Part shown: positions 24,960 through 36,679 of the stretch, in pieces | Position numbering within the stretch: position 1 is the stretch's first letter | Layout: every line of letters begins with the position of its first letter | Assembly (NCBI GenBank): GCA_026770705.1 | Contig: JANJGN010000783.1 | Span: 124,001 to 188,000, forward strand | Origin: Isurus oxyrinchus | Lineage: Eukaryota | Reading direction: 5' to 3' | Length of the DNA stretch: 64,000 bases | Made by a program: the position numbers and the translations under genes | The notes under the pieces: model-generated | What the model was told of the DNA's origin: nothing | The model's input: the letters and a program-made list of their open reading frames with translations, nothing else | Database searches by the model: none

Positions 24960-25910
24960 TGAGAGGCTGAGCGAATTGGGCCGATATTTGCTGGGAGTTC
25001 AGAGGAACGAGAGGCGATCTCACTGAAAGCCGCAGGATTGTGAAGGGGTTTGACGGGGGCGGAGGCTGAGAGATTGTTTCCCCGCTGCTCGCGGGGGGGG
25101 GGTTGGGATCTATAAACATGGGGAGGGGGAGGGGGGTGGGCACAGGCTCAGGATGAGGGGTTGGCCATTTTGGCTAAGGGTTCGGCCATTTTGACTAAGG
25201 GGTCGGCCATTTTGGCTAAGGGGGTCGGCCATTTTGGCTAAGGGGTCGGCCATTTCGGCTAAGGGGTCGGCCATTTTGGCTAAGGAGTCGGCCATTTTTG
25301 ATACGGGGTCGGCCATTTTGGCTAAGGGGTCAGACATTTTGGATACGGGGTCGGCCATTTTGGCTACGGGGTCGGACATTTTGGATACGGGGTTGGCCAT
25401 TTTGGCTACGGGGTCGGACATTTTGGCTACAGGGTCGGCCATTTTGGCTACGGGGTCGGCCATTTTGGCTAAGGGGTCGGCCATTTTGGCTATGGGGTCG
25501 GCCATTTTGGCTATGGGGTCGGCCATTGTGGATACGGGTGGGCCATTTTGGATATGGGGTCGGCCATTTTGGCTATGGGTTCGGCCATTTTGGCTACGGT
25601 GCCGGCCACTTTGGCTATGGGGGTCGGCCATTTTGGACGGAGGTGAGGGGGAATGACTTCACTCGGAGGGCCGCGAATCTCTGGAACTCTCCACCCCAGA
25701 GGGTCGTGGATGCCCCATCGCTGAATATGCCTTAAGGCCGGGACAGGCAGGTTTTCGGTCTCTCGGTTGGGAGGGGTGGAGGGGGGGGGGGCTGCGGTTA
25801 AGGGATACGGGGAGGCGGGCGGAGAACTGGAGTTGACGCCCAAGGTCGGCCACGATCGCATTGGAAGGCGGAGCCGGCTCGAGTGGCCGAATGGCCGTCT
25901 CCTGTGTTCT
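24960..25910 (+). mobile_element. Degenerate CR1 3' fragment, interrupted by the 21-bp array
   Basis: 'gagaggctgagc...gggcacaggctcaggatgagggg' resumes after the array as 'cggaggtgagggggaatgacttcactcggaggg...ctggaactctc' and ends 'ggccgaatggcc...cctgtgttct'. Confidence 0.75.
25156..25637. repeat. 21-bp minisatellite (~23 copies), unit ggggtcggccattttggctaa, most units carrying a YY1-like GCCATTTT
   Basis: Read directly; 7-aa period (AKMADPL) in the ORF track. Confidence 0.93.
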
Positions 25911-27739
25911 ATAGCAACAACACCCCACATTTATATAGCGCCTTAACCCGTCCCCAACGCGCTTCCCGGGGGCTTCGTAAAACCGAGGCCCTGGAGGGGT
26001 TCTTAGGGCTGATTCGTTGGTCGAGGAGGTAGATTTTAAGGAACGTCTGAAAGGAGGGAGAGAGAGAGCAGTGGAGGGGGGGGGGAGGGGGACGGTGAGG
26101 TTGAGGGAGGGAATCCCAGAGACTAGGCCCCCCACCCTCCGCCCCCCACCAGGCAGCTGAAGGCCCGGCCGCCAATGAAACGGGGCTGCTGACAAGAGCA
26201 GAATTCAGGGGAGGCAGGGTCTCAGGGGGTGGTGGGGCTGGAGGAGGGAACAGAGAACGAGATGGGCAAGGGGGCCGAAGGCAAGGGTGAGAAGGTGAAA
26301 ATCGAGGCGTTGCCGGACTGGGAGCCGGGGAGGAGGGGTTCGGTCAGCGAGCACCGTGGGCGACGGGGGGAGTGGGGGGATTTGGAGGGGGGTGGGGGGA
26401 GAGAGGGGGGGAGCCGGTTGCGGGTTAGGACACGTCTGAGTTCGGGTTTGAGGAAGGCCGAACGTGGGAAGCCAGGCCGGAGGGCGTCGGGAGCCGTCGA
26501 GGTCAGGGGTCACGGAGTGGAGGCGTGGGTGAGGGTTTCAGCGGCCGACGAGCTGAGAGAGAGCGCCGGAGCTCAAACGTGGCGCTCAGGTCGGGAACAG
26601 GCTGGCTTCAAGGTTAGAATGGACGAAATGGAGGGAGAGAAAGAAAGAACACAGAGAGAGAGAGAGAGAGAGAGAGAAAACAACCATAACTTGCATTTAT
26701 ATAGCGTCTTTAACACGGTAAAGCGTCCTGAGGTGGTTCACAGGAGCATTTCTAAAGCAAAATAGAACACCAAGCCACATTCAGGGACGTTAGTCCAGAA
26801 TTCCCTGTTATAATGACCGTGAGGCTAATGGCTCTCTCTCTCTCTCTCGCTGTTACTTCTGGAGATTCGTGAAAACAGCACCTCTTCCTTAGCCTCCCTG
26901 TTTTCTTTTTAAATAATTGCTGATTGTCCGTGAACGCCCCCTCAGAAGGTAGTCGCCGGTGTAAGAACCCTGCTAACGGTGGTGATAAGTGTAAAAGCCT
27001 GCCAAAGAGCCTCCCTCACCACCGTTTAACGTTTGCAAGTGTGGAATCTCATTCCTTCGGCTGGTGACATTTTGTGGGGAGATGGCGAAGCTACCCAATT
27101 GTACGTTTTCAAGTTTCATTTCCCTTTACCCTCTCTTCACTTTTGTCTCTCTCTCTCTCTCTGTCTCTGTCTGACTTGACGTTTACATTATCGAGTCGAC
27201 AACACAGAAATGGGCCATTCAGCCCACTCTTCCATGCTGGCCGACATAAGCCTCCCCTCACCCCTCTTCATCTCACCCCAGCGGCGCCTTCTTCCAGTCT
27301 ATTAACCCGGCTTCCCCTTCTGAGTCCCTCTTGTGCTCTGGTTCGGGCACAGCTGGAACATCGAGTCCTGTTGCGATTGCTGCGCTGTAGGAAGGGCGCC
27401 AGTGTTCTCGGCGGGTGGGCGCGGAGAGGGATTTCCCAGATCGGTTCCGGTGGGGGGGGTGTGGGGGGGGGGGGGGTGTTGGGTGGGGTGGATCGGATCG
27501 AGGCGGACACGACTGGGACAGCTTTGGATAAGGTAAACAAGGAAAAGATGTTCCCATTCACTGACAGGGTGAGGATCGGGGAGGGGCACGGATTTAAGAT
27601 TTCGGGCAAGGGGATTTTCAATGGGGTGAGTGGCCTCCTTTATCCGCTATCATGCCTCTATGACTCTCAATTTATGAATACTCGTTTTCAGCGGGTGGTA
27701 CAGGACTTGGGTATTGCTGAAAGTATTCGGTATTCGGGG

Positions 27740-29042
27740 TATTCGGAATGGGCGTGTTAGCGAGAGGCAGCATGGTTTCGGGAAGGGGAGGTCGTGTCTC
27801 ACTAACGTGATGGAGCTTTTGGAGGAAGTGACGAAGATGATCGACGATGGAAGGGCAGTGGATGTTATCTACATGGATTTCTGTAAGGCCTTTGACAAGG
27901 TCCCTCATGGCAGACTGGTACAGAAGGTAAAGTCGCACGGGATCAGAGGTGAGCTGGCAGGATGGATACAGAACTGGCTTAGTCATAGAAGACAGAGGGT
28001 AGCAGTGGAAGGGTGCTTTTCTGAATGGAGAGCTGTGACTAGTGGTGCTCCGCAGGGATCAGCGCTGGGACCTTTGCTGTTTGTGATATACATAAACGAT
28101 TTGGAGGAAAATGTAACTGGGCTAATGAGTAAGTTTGCAGACGACACTAAGGTTGGAGGAGCTGCAGACAGTGAAGAGGATTGTCAAAGGATACAACGGG
28201 ATATAGATCGATTGGAGACTTGGGCGGAGAAGTGGCGGATGGAGTTTAATCCGGACAAGTGCGAGGTAATGCATTTTGGAAGGTCGAATACAGGCAGGAA
28301 TTATACAGTAAATGGCAGAACCCTTAAGTGCATCGACGGGCAGAGGGATCTGGGTGTACAGCTCCACAGGTCACTGAAAGTGGCAATGCAGGTGGATAAG
28401 GCAGCCAGGAAGGCATGTGGCATGCTGGCCTTCATTGGCATTGAGTGTAGGGGCTGGGAAGTCATGCTGCGGCTGTATAGAGCCTTGGTTAGGCCACACT
28501 TGGAATATCGCGTGCAATTCTGGTCGCCACATTACCAGAAGGATATGGAGGGGTTGGAGAGGGTGCGGAGGAGGTTTACCAGGATACTGCCTGGGTCTGG
28601 AGGTTATTAGCTAGGAGGAGAGGTTGGAGAAACTGGGATTGTTCTCACTAGAGCGACGGAGATTGAGGGGCGACTTGATAGAAGTTTACAAAATGACGAG
28701 TGGCCTGGACAGAGTAGATAGTCAGAAGCTTTTCTCCAGGGTGGAAGAGACAATTTACTAGGGGACATGGATTTAAGGTGAGAGGAGAAAACTATAGAGG
28801 AGATGTGCGGGGCAAGTTTTTTACGCAGAGGGTAGTGAGTGTCTGGAATTGGCTGCCAGAGGAGGTGGTGGAAGCAGGTCCGATAGTGGGGTTGAAGAGG
28901 CAGCTTGACAAGTACATGACTAGGATGGGAATAGAGGGGATAGGGACCCCGGAAGTGGGTTTTAGTTTGACAGGCAATATGATCGGCGCAGGCTTGGAGG
29001 GCCGAAGGGCCTCTTCCCATGCTGTACTTTTCTGTGTTCTTT
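27740..29042 (+). mobile_element. 5'-truncated CR1 LINE with reverse transcriptase domain, frameshifted near 28600
   Basis: ORF 27714-28610 has QHGF..GRSCLTN, YMDFCKAFDKVPH, GAPQGSALGPLLF, FADDTK and FNPDKC. ORF2 C-terminus and 3' UTR follow. Confidence 0.95.
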
Positions 29043-29089
29043 ATTTAACACCAAACGTCAAAGGGAAAAATGACTTATACTGCATCAAT

Positions 29090-30610
29090 CGTTCATGCTG
29101 CTACAGCGCAGTAGCGACACGCGTGGTATTCTCCAGCGCCCATCACACAAACGAGGAGTTTAACGTAGAAAATTGTGAGGCCATTCACTTTGGTAAGAAG
29201 AATCAAAAGGCAGACTGTAATGTAAATGGAGAGAGGCTCCAAAAAAGTGCGGCACAGAGGGTTCTGGGTGTTCTTGTGCGTGAAACACAAAAAAGTTAGT
29301 ACGCAGGGGCAGCAAATAATTAAAAAGGCAAATGGAATTTTGGCCCGTACTGCGAGGGGGTTGGAGTTTAAAAATAGAGAAGTCTTGTTACAACTGTACA
29401 GGGTGTTAGTGAGGATGCACCTGGAGTGCTGTGTACAGTTTTGGTCCTCGTATTCAAGAAAGGACATACTGGCATTGGAGGCAGTTCAGAAGAGATTCAC
29501 TAGGCTGATCCCTGGGATGAAGGGGTTGACTTATCGAGAACGGCTGAACAGGTTAGGCCTTTTATTCATTCCAGTTTAGAAGAAGGAGGGGTGATCTTAT
29601 TGAAACGTACAGGATTCAGAGGGGGCTGGACAGGGTAGATGTTGAGAAGGTGTTTCCACTAGTGGGGGAATCTCGAGCTAGGGGACAAAGTTACAGAATA
29701 AGGGGACACTCCTTTGCAACTGAGATGCGAAGGAGTTCCTTCTCTCAGAGGACAGTGGAATGTCTGGAATAATCCACCCCAGAGAGTTGTGGGGGCTGGA
29801 TCACTGAAGGTATTTAAAGAGGAGGTCGAGAGATTTTTGAAGTATCGGGGAGTTGAGGGCTATGAGGAGCTGGAACGAAAGAGGGGTCGAGGCCTAGGGC
29901 AGATCAGCCATGATCTTATTGAATGGTGGGACAGGCTGGAGGGGCCGAGTGGTCTGCTCCTGTTCCTATTTCTTCTGTTCTTAATGTGGGAGATGACTTA
30001 CAGTGCCGGTATGATGTCAGGCATACATCCCATTGACTGGCCAATCATGTCAAACAGCATGTCCCTTCTGCTGTTACAGTGGGCAAGGTACACACTGTAC
30101 CCAACCAGCCCGTTCCTGCAAAACTAAAAAATACAGTGCCCAACTCGATGTTATTCTGTGATTGGACAACACTTGCTAAACAATCCTGAATGCGCTAAGA
30201 ATTACACTCAAATCCAAATTAAGATTATCAGTTATACTCAGCGTGGCTCACTTATGCATGCTAGAGGCTACATATATTCACACACAAGGGAGATAGAAGG
30301 AGCATGTCCATGCGTTGCGCCCTTTCGCAGCTAGGCAAAAACTTGGCGGACAGACATTCCCTGGTTCATTCCCCACAGCAGTGCCTTGACCAATAAAGAG
30401 TCGACCTGGCTGGTTTGAATTTGAACAAAAGCTTGGCAGTGAAATGCTCCCTGGTGCATTCCCCATGGCAATGCCTCCCCCAATCAGAGTCCATTTGTCA
30501 ACCATTCAGCACTCTCTTCTCATGCAGTATAAATTGTTGTTCCCTCTACCATTGGTATTCCTGTGAACTAGCCTGATGAGTGCAAGATGAAAAACTTCGA
30601 CAACATGCAT
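29090..30610 (+). mobile_element. Degenerate Penelope-like element 3' part (GIY-YIG endonuclease remnant plus terminal repeat region), split by a CR1 insertion
   Basis: Translations CYSAVATRVVF (~29100), LANHVKQHVPSAV (~30040), SVIGQHLLNNPECAKNY (~30155) and HLCMLEATYIHTQG (~30250). A duplicated CCAAT block, TATAAA and a hammerhead-like core at 30573-30598 follow. Confidence 0.65.
29155..29982 (+). mobile_element. CR1 LINE 3' fragment nested in the Penelope remnant
   Basis: EFNVENCEAIHFG, KKANGILA, HLECCVQFWS, LEAVQKRFTRLIPG; 3' tail 'ctcctgttcctatttcttctgttctt'. Confidence 0.88.
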
Positions 30611-30811
30611 CAACAATATCCACCTCAAACCATGCTCTGTGGGAGCGAGTTCCACTTTCTCCCCACTCTCTAGGTGAAGAAATTTCTCCTGAATTTCCGG
30701 CTGGGTTTATTAGTGACTATCTAATATTCATAAACCCTTTTTCTAATCTCATTCAATTGTGGAAACGTCTGCCTTATCAAAGGGCCCTTTTATAATTTCA
30801 TCAGGTTCAAT

Positions 30812-33057
30812 TACATTACCATCACTGAATCCCCCACTATCAACATCCTGGTGGTTACCATTGACCAGAAACTGAACTGGGGACAAGCCATATAAATACT
30901 TTGGCTACAAGAGCAGGTCAAAGGCTGGGAATCCTGCGGAGAGTAACTCACCTCCTGTCTCCCCTCCAAAGCCTGTCCACCATCTACAAGGCACCAGTCA
31001 GGAGTGTAATGGGATACTCCCCACTTGCCTGGATGAGTTGCAGCTCCCACAACACTCGAGAAGCTCGACACCATCCAGGACAAAGCAGCCCCACCCACCC
31101 CCCACCCGCTCGATCGGCACCCCATCCACAAACATTCACTCCCTCCAGCCACCGACGCACAGTAGCAGCAGTGTGTGTACCATCTACAAGATGCACTGCA
31201 GCAACTCGCCAAGGCTCCTTCGACAGCGCCGCCCAAACGCATGGCCGCTACCATCTAGAAGGACAAGGGCAGCAAACACATGGGGAACACCCACCACCTG
31301 GAAGTTCCCCCTCCGAGCCCCTCACCATCCCGACTTGGAAATATATCGGCCGTCCCTTCACTGTTGCTGGGTCCAAATCCTGGAACTCCCTCCCTAACAG
31401 CGCTGTGGGTGTACCTACATGACAGGGACAAAATCCTGGAACTCCCTCCCTAACAGCGCTGTGGGTGTATCTACCCCACAGGGACAAAATCCTGGAACTC
31501 CCTCCCTAACAGCGCCGTGGGTGTACCTACACCACACAGGGGACAAAATCCTGGAACTCCCTCCCTAACAGCACTGTGGGTGTACCTACACCACAGGGAC
31601 AAAATCCTGGAACTCCCTCCCTAACAGCGCCATGGGTGTACCTACACCACAGGGGACAAAATCCTGGAACTCTCTCTCTAACAGCACTGTGGGTGTACCT
31701 ACACCACAGGGGACAAAATCCTGGAGCTCCCTCCCTAACAGCACTGTGGGTGTACCTACACCACAGGGACAAAATCCTGGAACTCCCTCCCTAACAGCGC
31801 TCTGGGTGTACCTACACCACACAGGGGACAAAATCCTGGAACTCCCTCCCTAACAGCACCGTGGGTGTACCTACACCACAGGGGACAAAATCCTGGAACT
31901 CCCACCCTAACAGCGCAGTGGGTGTACCTACACCACACAGGGGACAAAATCCTGGAACTCCCTCCCTAACAGTGCCGTGGGTGTACCTACACCACACAGG
32001 GGACAAAATCCTGGAACTCCCTCCCTAACAGTGCTGTGGCTGTACCTACACCACACAAGGGACAAAATCCTGGAACTCCCTCCCTAACAGCACTGTGGGT
32101 GTACCTACACCACAGGGACAAAATCCTGGAACTCCCTCCCTAACAGCGCTGTGGGTGTACCTACAACACAGGGGACAAAATCCTGGAACTCCCTCCCTAA
32201 CAGCACCGTGGGTGTACCTACACCACAGGGGACAAAATCCTGGAACTCCCTCCCTAACAGCACCCCTAACAGCGCTGTGGGTGTACCTACACCACACAGG
32301 GACAAAATCCTGGAACTCCCTCCCTAACAGCGCTGTGGGTGTACCTACACCACAGGGACAAACATCCAGGAACTCCCTCCCTAACAGCGCCGTGGGTGTA
32401 CCTACTCCACACGGACAAAATCCTGGAACTCCCTCCCTAACAGCGCTGTGGGTGTACCTACACCACACGGGACAAAATCCTGGAACTCCCTCCCTAACAG
32501 CGCTGTGGGTGTACCTACTCCACACGGACAAAATCCTGGAACTCCCTCCCTAACAGCACTGTGGGTGTACCTACACCACAGGGACAAAATCCTGGAACTC
32601 CCTCCCTAACAGCGCTGTGGGTGTACCTACACCACAGGGACAAAATCCTGGAACTCCCTCCCTAACAGCGCCTGTGGGTGTACCTACACCACAGGGACAA
32701 AATCTGGAACTCCCTCCCTAACAGCACTGTGGGTCGTACCCTACCACCACAGGGGACAAAATCCTGGAACTCCCTCCCTAACAGCGCTGTGGGTGTACCT
32801 ACACCACAGGGGACAAATCCTGGAACTCCCTCCCTAACAGTGCTGTGGGTGTACCTACACCACACCGGGGACAAAATCCTGGAACTCCCTCCCTAACAGC
32901 GCAGTGGGTGTACTACACCACAGGGGGACTGCAGCGGTTCAAGAAGGCGGCTCATCCACCACCTTCTCAAGGGGGCAATTAGGGACGGGCAATAAACGCT
33001 GGGCCCGGCCCAGCGACCCCCACCCCCCCACCCCAACATCCCCGTGAATGAATAAAA
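30812..33057 (+). mobile_element. LINE (CR1/L2 clade) 3' fragment with an internal tandem amplification
   Basis: ESPTINILVVTIDQKLNW, LSTIYKA.VRSVM.YSPLAW, GSKSWNSLPNS. After the array it resumes 'ggactgcagcggttcaagaaggcggctca' and ends 'gtgaatgaataaaaa'. Confidence 0.85.
31370..32925. repeat. ~56-59-bp tandem array (aaaatcctggaactccctccctaacagcgctgtgggtgtacctacaccacaggggac), ~27 copies
   Basis: Read directly; the unit is a segment of the host LINE. Confidence 0.93.
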
Positions 33058-33599
33058 AGGAACCGGTCAGCCCTCAGCCTTCCCCTTGTGTGGAGGAAGT
33101 GAGCCGCAGCGGGTTTCAAAACCTTCGCCGAATTCTACTGTACGTCCTCGAACAGTCTCTGTGCCGCATTGACAATCACCGGTGGCAGAACAGCACCCTT
33201 CCTCGATCGCCATACAGTTTGTTTTGTCCTTGCAGCCTCGTAACTGCTAACACTTGCCTGCCTTTCGTTGCACTGTAAGTGGGTACGATCTTCATGGTAC
33301 GAGGCCTTGTAAAAGGTTGGGGGGTGGGGGTGGGGGTGCTCATTTCCAAACCTACCCTCGTTCAAAATTAATTTCACCCGAGCTCACCTCCAGGGCAAAT
33401 AATTAGCAACCTCACGGAGGATGCTTTATCCTCTCTTTTCAGAGGACAATGTCAGTTTGGCTTGCACACGCAGCCGAACGGACATGCAGCCCCATGTGGA
33501 ATCAGCAACCCCCCCTCGCGTACCAGGAGCTCCAACCACGTCGGCGGCCAGTGAATGGCTCGAGCATTGCGAAGTGCCTCGGGAAGCTCCCGGGGGAGC

Positions 33600-33815
33600 C
33601 TGGCGCGGCGGCGTTGGGCGCTGGACTGGTGACCTAGAGGGCCCCTGGGGACCCCGGTTCGAACCCCAGCCCAGCAGCTGGGCGGAATTTGGACTCAGCG
33701 ACGCCAGGCCAGGATCTGGAAATCAGAAAGCCCGACGCTGAACGGGAAGCCTCTGCCCGGTCGTCGTGAGAACCCGCCCGGTTCACGAAATCTGCCCTCC
33801 TTGCCCGGCTCTGCA
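33600..33815 (+). mobile_element. tRNA-derived SINE, degenerate and GC-shifted
   Basis: B-box GGTTCGAACCC at ~33656-33666, followed by SINE body-like 'ggaattt...atctggaaatc...ggttcac...aaatctgccctccttgcc'. Confidence 0.55.
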
Positions 33816-35384
33816 CCACCACCACCCCCCCCCCCCCTCCCTCCCTCCCCCCCACCCGAAGGAGGGCATCTCGGGGGCTGGGTAAAAATAAAAATCAGGT
33901 AAAACCGGACGGTGAGGGAAGATGTGAGGGGCGAGCGATCAGGAGCTCACTCAAAAGAGGTCAGAGTCCCGGAGGGAGAGCGGGGTGGAGAGATTCGGGG
34001 ACGGGAATTGCAGACCTGAGGCGCGGCCAACTCTCCCGAGAAACGCCGACTGGGGTGGGGGGGGGGGTGAAGAGAGCGAGGATGGGGGGGGGGGGGCCAG
34101 GGGGGAGGGGGGACAGTTGCCTTCAGCGATTATGGGGGGTGCCAAGCGTCACTCCGACAAGGAGCTGTTTCGACACGATGGCTGGGGTGAAGGCCTGATG
34201 GGTGAAAAGTTGAGGGCAAGGTTGAAACCTAGCTTATTTTTAACGTCAGAGGGCGTCGAGAAGAAAAAGGCAAGACTGACTGACACACAGAGAGAGAGAG
34301 AGAGAAAGCAAAGACACCTTTCATTTCTATAGCACCTTTAACAAAGCTAAACGTCCCAAGGTGCTTCACGGGGACTATTATAAAACAAGACCTGACCCCA
34401 AGCTGCCTTTGGAGATATTGGTCCAGAGCAGCCTCTGTAATAATAATGGTGAGATTGACAGCGCTCGAGAACCACATCTCACCCTTAGCATCCCTTTCAT
34501 TCTCTGCTACGCCACTCCTGCATCGTCCCGTTAATTTTCCATTAAACCGGCCTCAGAAAATTGTTTCAGAGTGTATAACCTATCCACGATGCGATAATGG
34601 TTAATGTCTGCCAGGCAACCCCCTCCGACACCGGGACACATCGTTTTTCTTTTTGTTTAACAAGTGTGGAGTCTCATTCCTTCAGATGGCAAGATTTTAA
34701 GAGGAGTTTTTTTTTAAAAAAAAATGCCAGATTGTCATTTTTCCATGACTGTTTTCTCCCCCTTGCGCTGCACAATCCTTTAATTTCATTGGTTAAGGAA
34801 TTTGAATTGCCCGATTCTGCCAGGTCTTTGCCACCCCGTTGGCCCTCACTGCGCGGTTATGAGCTGAAGTGGGTGGGGAGACGGCAGGGGGCAAATTAAA
34901 CGAGTGGCAGGCAGACACCGTGAGGTGCTCGGCACAGATGATACTGGCCCTTTAAAGAGCATCCCAGGACAGGCGCAATTCTGGGGGCTTGGGGTCCGGG
35001 CTGCTGAAGGCACGGCTGCCAATGGTGAGGCGATTAAAATCGGGGCACGCTCGAGAGGCAGGAATTAGAGGAGACCAAAATATCTCGGAGAGCGGTAGTG
35101 CTGGAGGAGGGCCAGGAGAGAGAGGGATGGGCTAGGGCCATGGAAGGATTTGAAAACAAGGACGAGGCTTTTCAAACTAAGACCCTTGCTTAACCAGGGG
35201 ACAGTGTAGCTAGCGAGCACAGGGGGTGACGGCCGAATAAGACCTGGTTCGGACACGGGGACAGCAGAGTTTTGGATGGGCTGAAGTTTAAGGAGGGTAA
35301 AATGCGGGAGTGTAGCCTAGAGTGCATTGGAATACTCGAGTCTGAAGGTGACAAAGAGACTGGATGAGGGTATCAGCAGTGGAG

Positions 35385-36187
35385 AGAATCTAACCATCTC
35401 CCCCAAGACATTCAATGGCATTACCATCGCTGAATCCCCCACTATCAACATCCTGGGGGTTACCATTGACCAGAAACTGAACTGGGGACCCAGCCATATA
35501 AATACTGGGGGCTACGAGAGCTGGGCAGAGGCTGGGAATCCTGCGGAGAGTAACTCACCTCCTGTCCTCCCCCCCCAAAGCCTGTCCACCATCTACAAGG
35601 CACAAGTCAGGAGTGGGATGGGACACTCCCCACTTGCCTGGATGAGTTGCAGCTCCCACAACACTCGAGAAGCTCGACACCGTCCAGGACAAAGCAGCCC
35701 CCCCCACCACCCCCCGCTCGATCGGCCCCCCCATCCACAAACATTCACTCCCCTCCCACCCACCGACGCACAGTAGCAGCAGCGTGTGTACCATCTACAA
35801 GATGCACTGCAGCAACTCACCAAGGCTCCTTCGACAGCGCTGCCCAAACCCACGGCCGCTTACCGTCTAGAAGGACAAGGGCAGCAGACACATGGGGAAC
35901 ACCCACCACCTGGAAGTTCCTCTCCGAGCCCCTCACTATCCCGGCTTGGAAATATATCGGCCGTTCCTTCACTGTCGCTGGGTCAAAATCCTGGAACTCC
36001 CTCCCTAACAGCGCCTTGGGTGTACCTACACCACAGGGACAAAATCCTGGAACTCCCTCCCTAACAGCGCTGTGGGTGTACCTACACCACACAGGGGACA
36101 AAATCCTGGAACTCCCTCCCTAACAGCACCATGGGTGTACCTACACCACACAGGGGACAAAATCCTGGAACTCCCTCCCTAACAGCA
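35385..36187 (+). mobile_element. Second copy of the same LINE 3' fragment, with ~3 copies of the same ~57-bp unit
   Basis: TFNGITIAESPTINILGVTIDQKLNW..LSTIYKAQVRS; near-colinear with 30812-31500. Confidence 0.85.
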
Positions 36188-36412
36188 GCTCCCTCAGTAC
36201 TGACCCTCCGACAGTGCGGCTCTCCCTCAGCACTGACCCTCCGACAGTGCGGCTCTCCCTCAGCACTGACCCTCCGACAGTGCGGCTCTCCCTCAGCACT
36301 GACCCTCCGACAGTGCGGCTCTCCTTCAGCACTGACCCTCCGACAGGGTGGCTCTCCCTCAGCACTGACCCTCCGACAGTGCGGCTCTCCCTCAGTACTG
36401 ACCCTCCGACAG
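36188..36412. repeat. 33-bp minisatellite (ctccctcagcactgaccctccgacagtgcggct), ~7 copies, probably derived from a Deu-domain SINE
   Basis: Repeat read directly; SINE origin from recalled similarity to 'gacagtgcagcactccctcagtactg'. Confidence 0.8.
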
Positions 36413-36590
36413 CTCGACGCTGCCTCAGCTCCTGGTGCGAGCGGCTCTTTGAAGAGGAGGGGTGCGGGGGGGTGCTCAAAGCCCTGACCTCAGTTAGCAA
36501 CTGAGCCCTGGGTTGACACAAGATCCCATCCCCCAGACCGTCGGCCGCTCACCTAAGCGTACCCCGAGCCGATGCCAAGCATCCACTGAC

Positions 36591-36636
36591 CTGTGAGACA
36601 CAACAGGAAAATGGCGATCCCACACAAGTTCTCCAT
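36591..36636 (-). CDS. Leader (signal peptide) exon of the Ig light-chain-like gene: MENLCGIAIFLLCLT(G)
   Basis: Kozak ACCATGG, a 46-nt exon (typical Ig leader size), hydrophobic core and phase-1 donor G|GTCAGT that joins in frame to the V exon (G+GC = Gly). An octamer lies 129 bp upstream. Not present in the ORF track. Confidence 0.85.
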
Positions 36637-36679
36637 GGTTGGGTTCTGCTGCACGATTGTTGCCTGTGCCTCTGCGCCC

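Noticed and set aside
33383-33440. Alternative leader candidate ending in a G|GTGAGC donor (..SVRLLIICPG)
   Set aside because: No in-frame ATG before an upstream stop, and no octamer
34435-34930. Unique AT-richer intronic segment as a possible enhancer or conserved element
   Set aside because: No ORF or diagnostic motif cluster; cannot be supported without a cross-species alignment
36553-36590. Possible 38-nt micro-exon bounded by AG and GT
   Set aside because: The apparent acceptor is the end of the leader coding exon; read-through to the second donor hits TAG in frame
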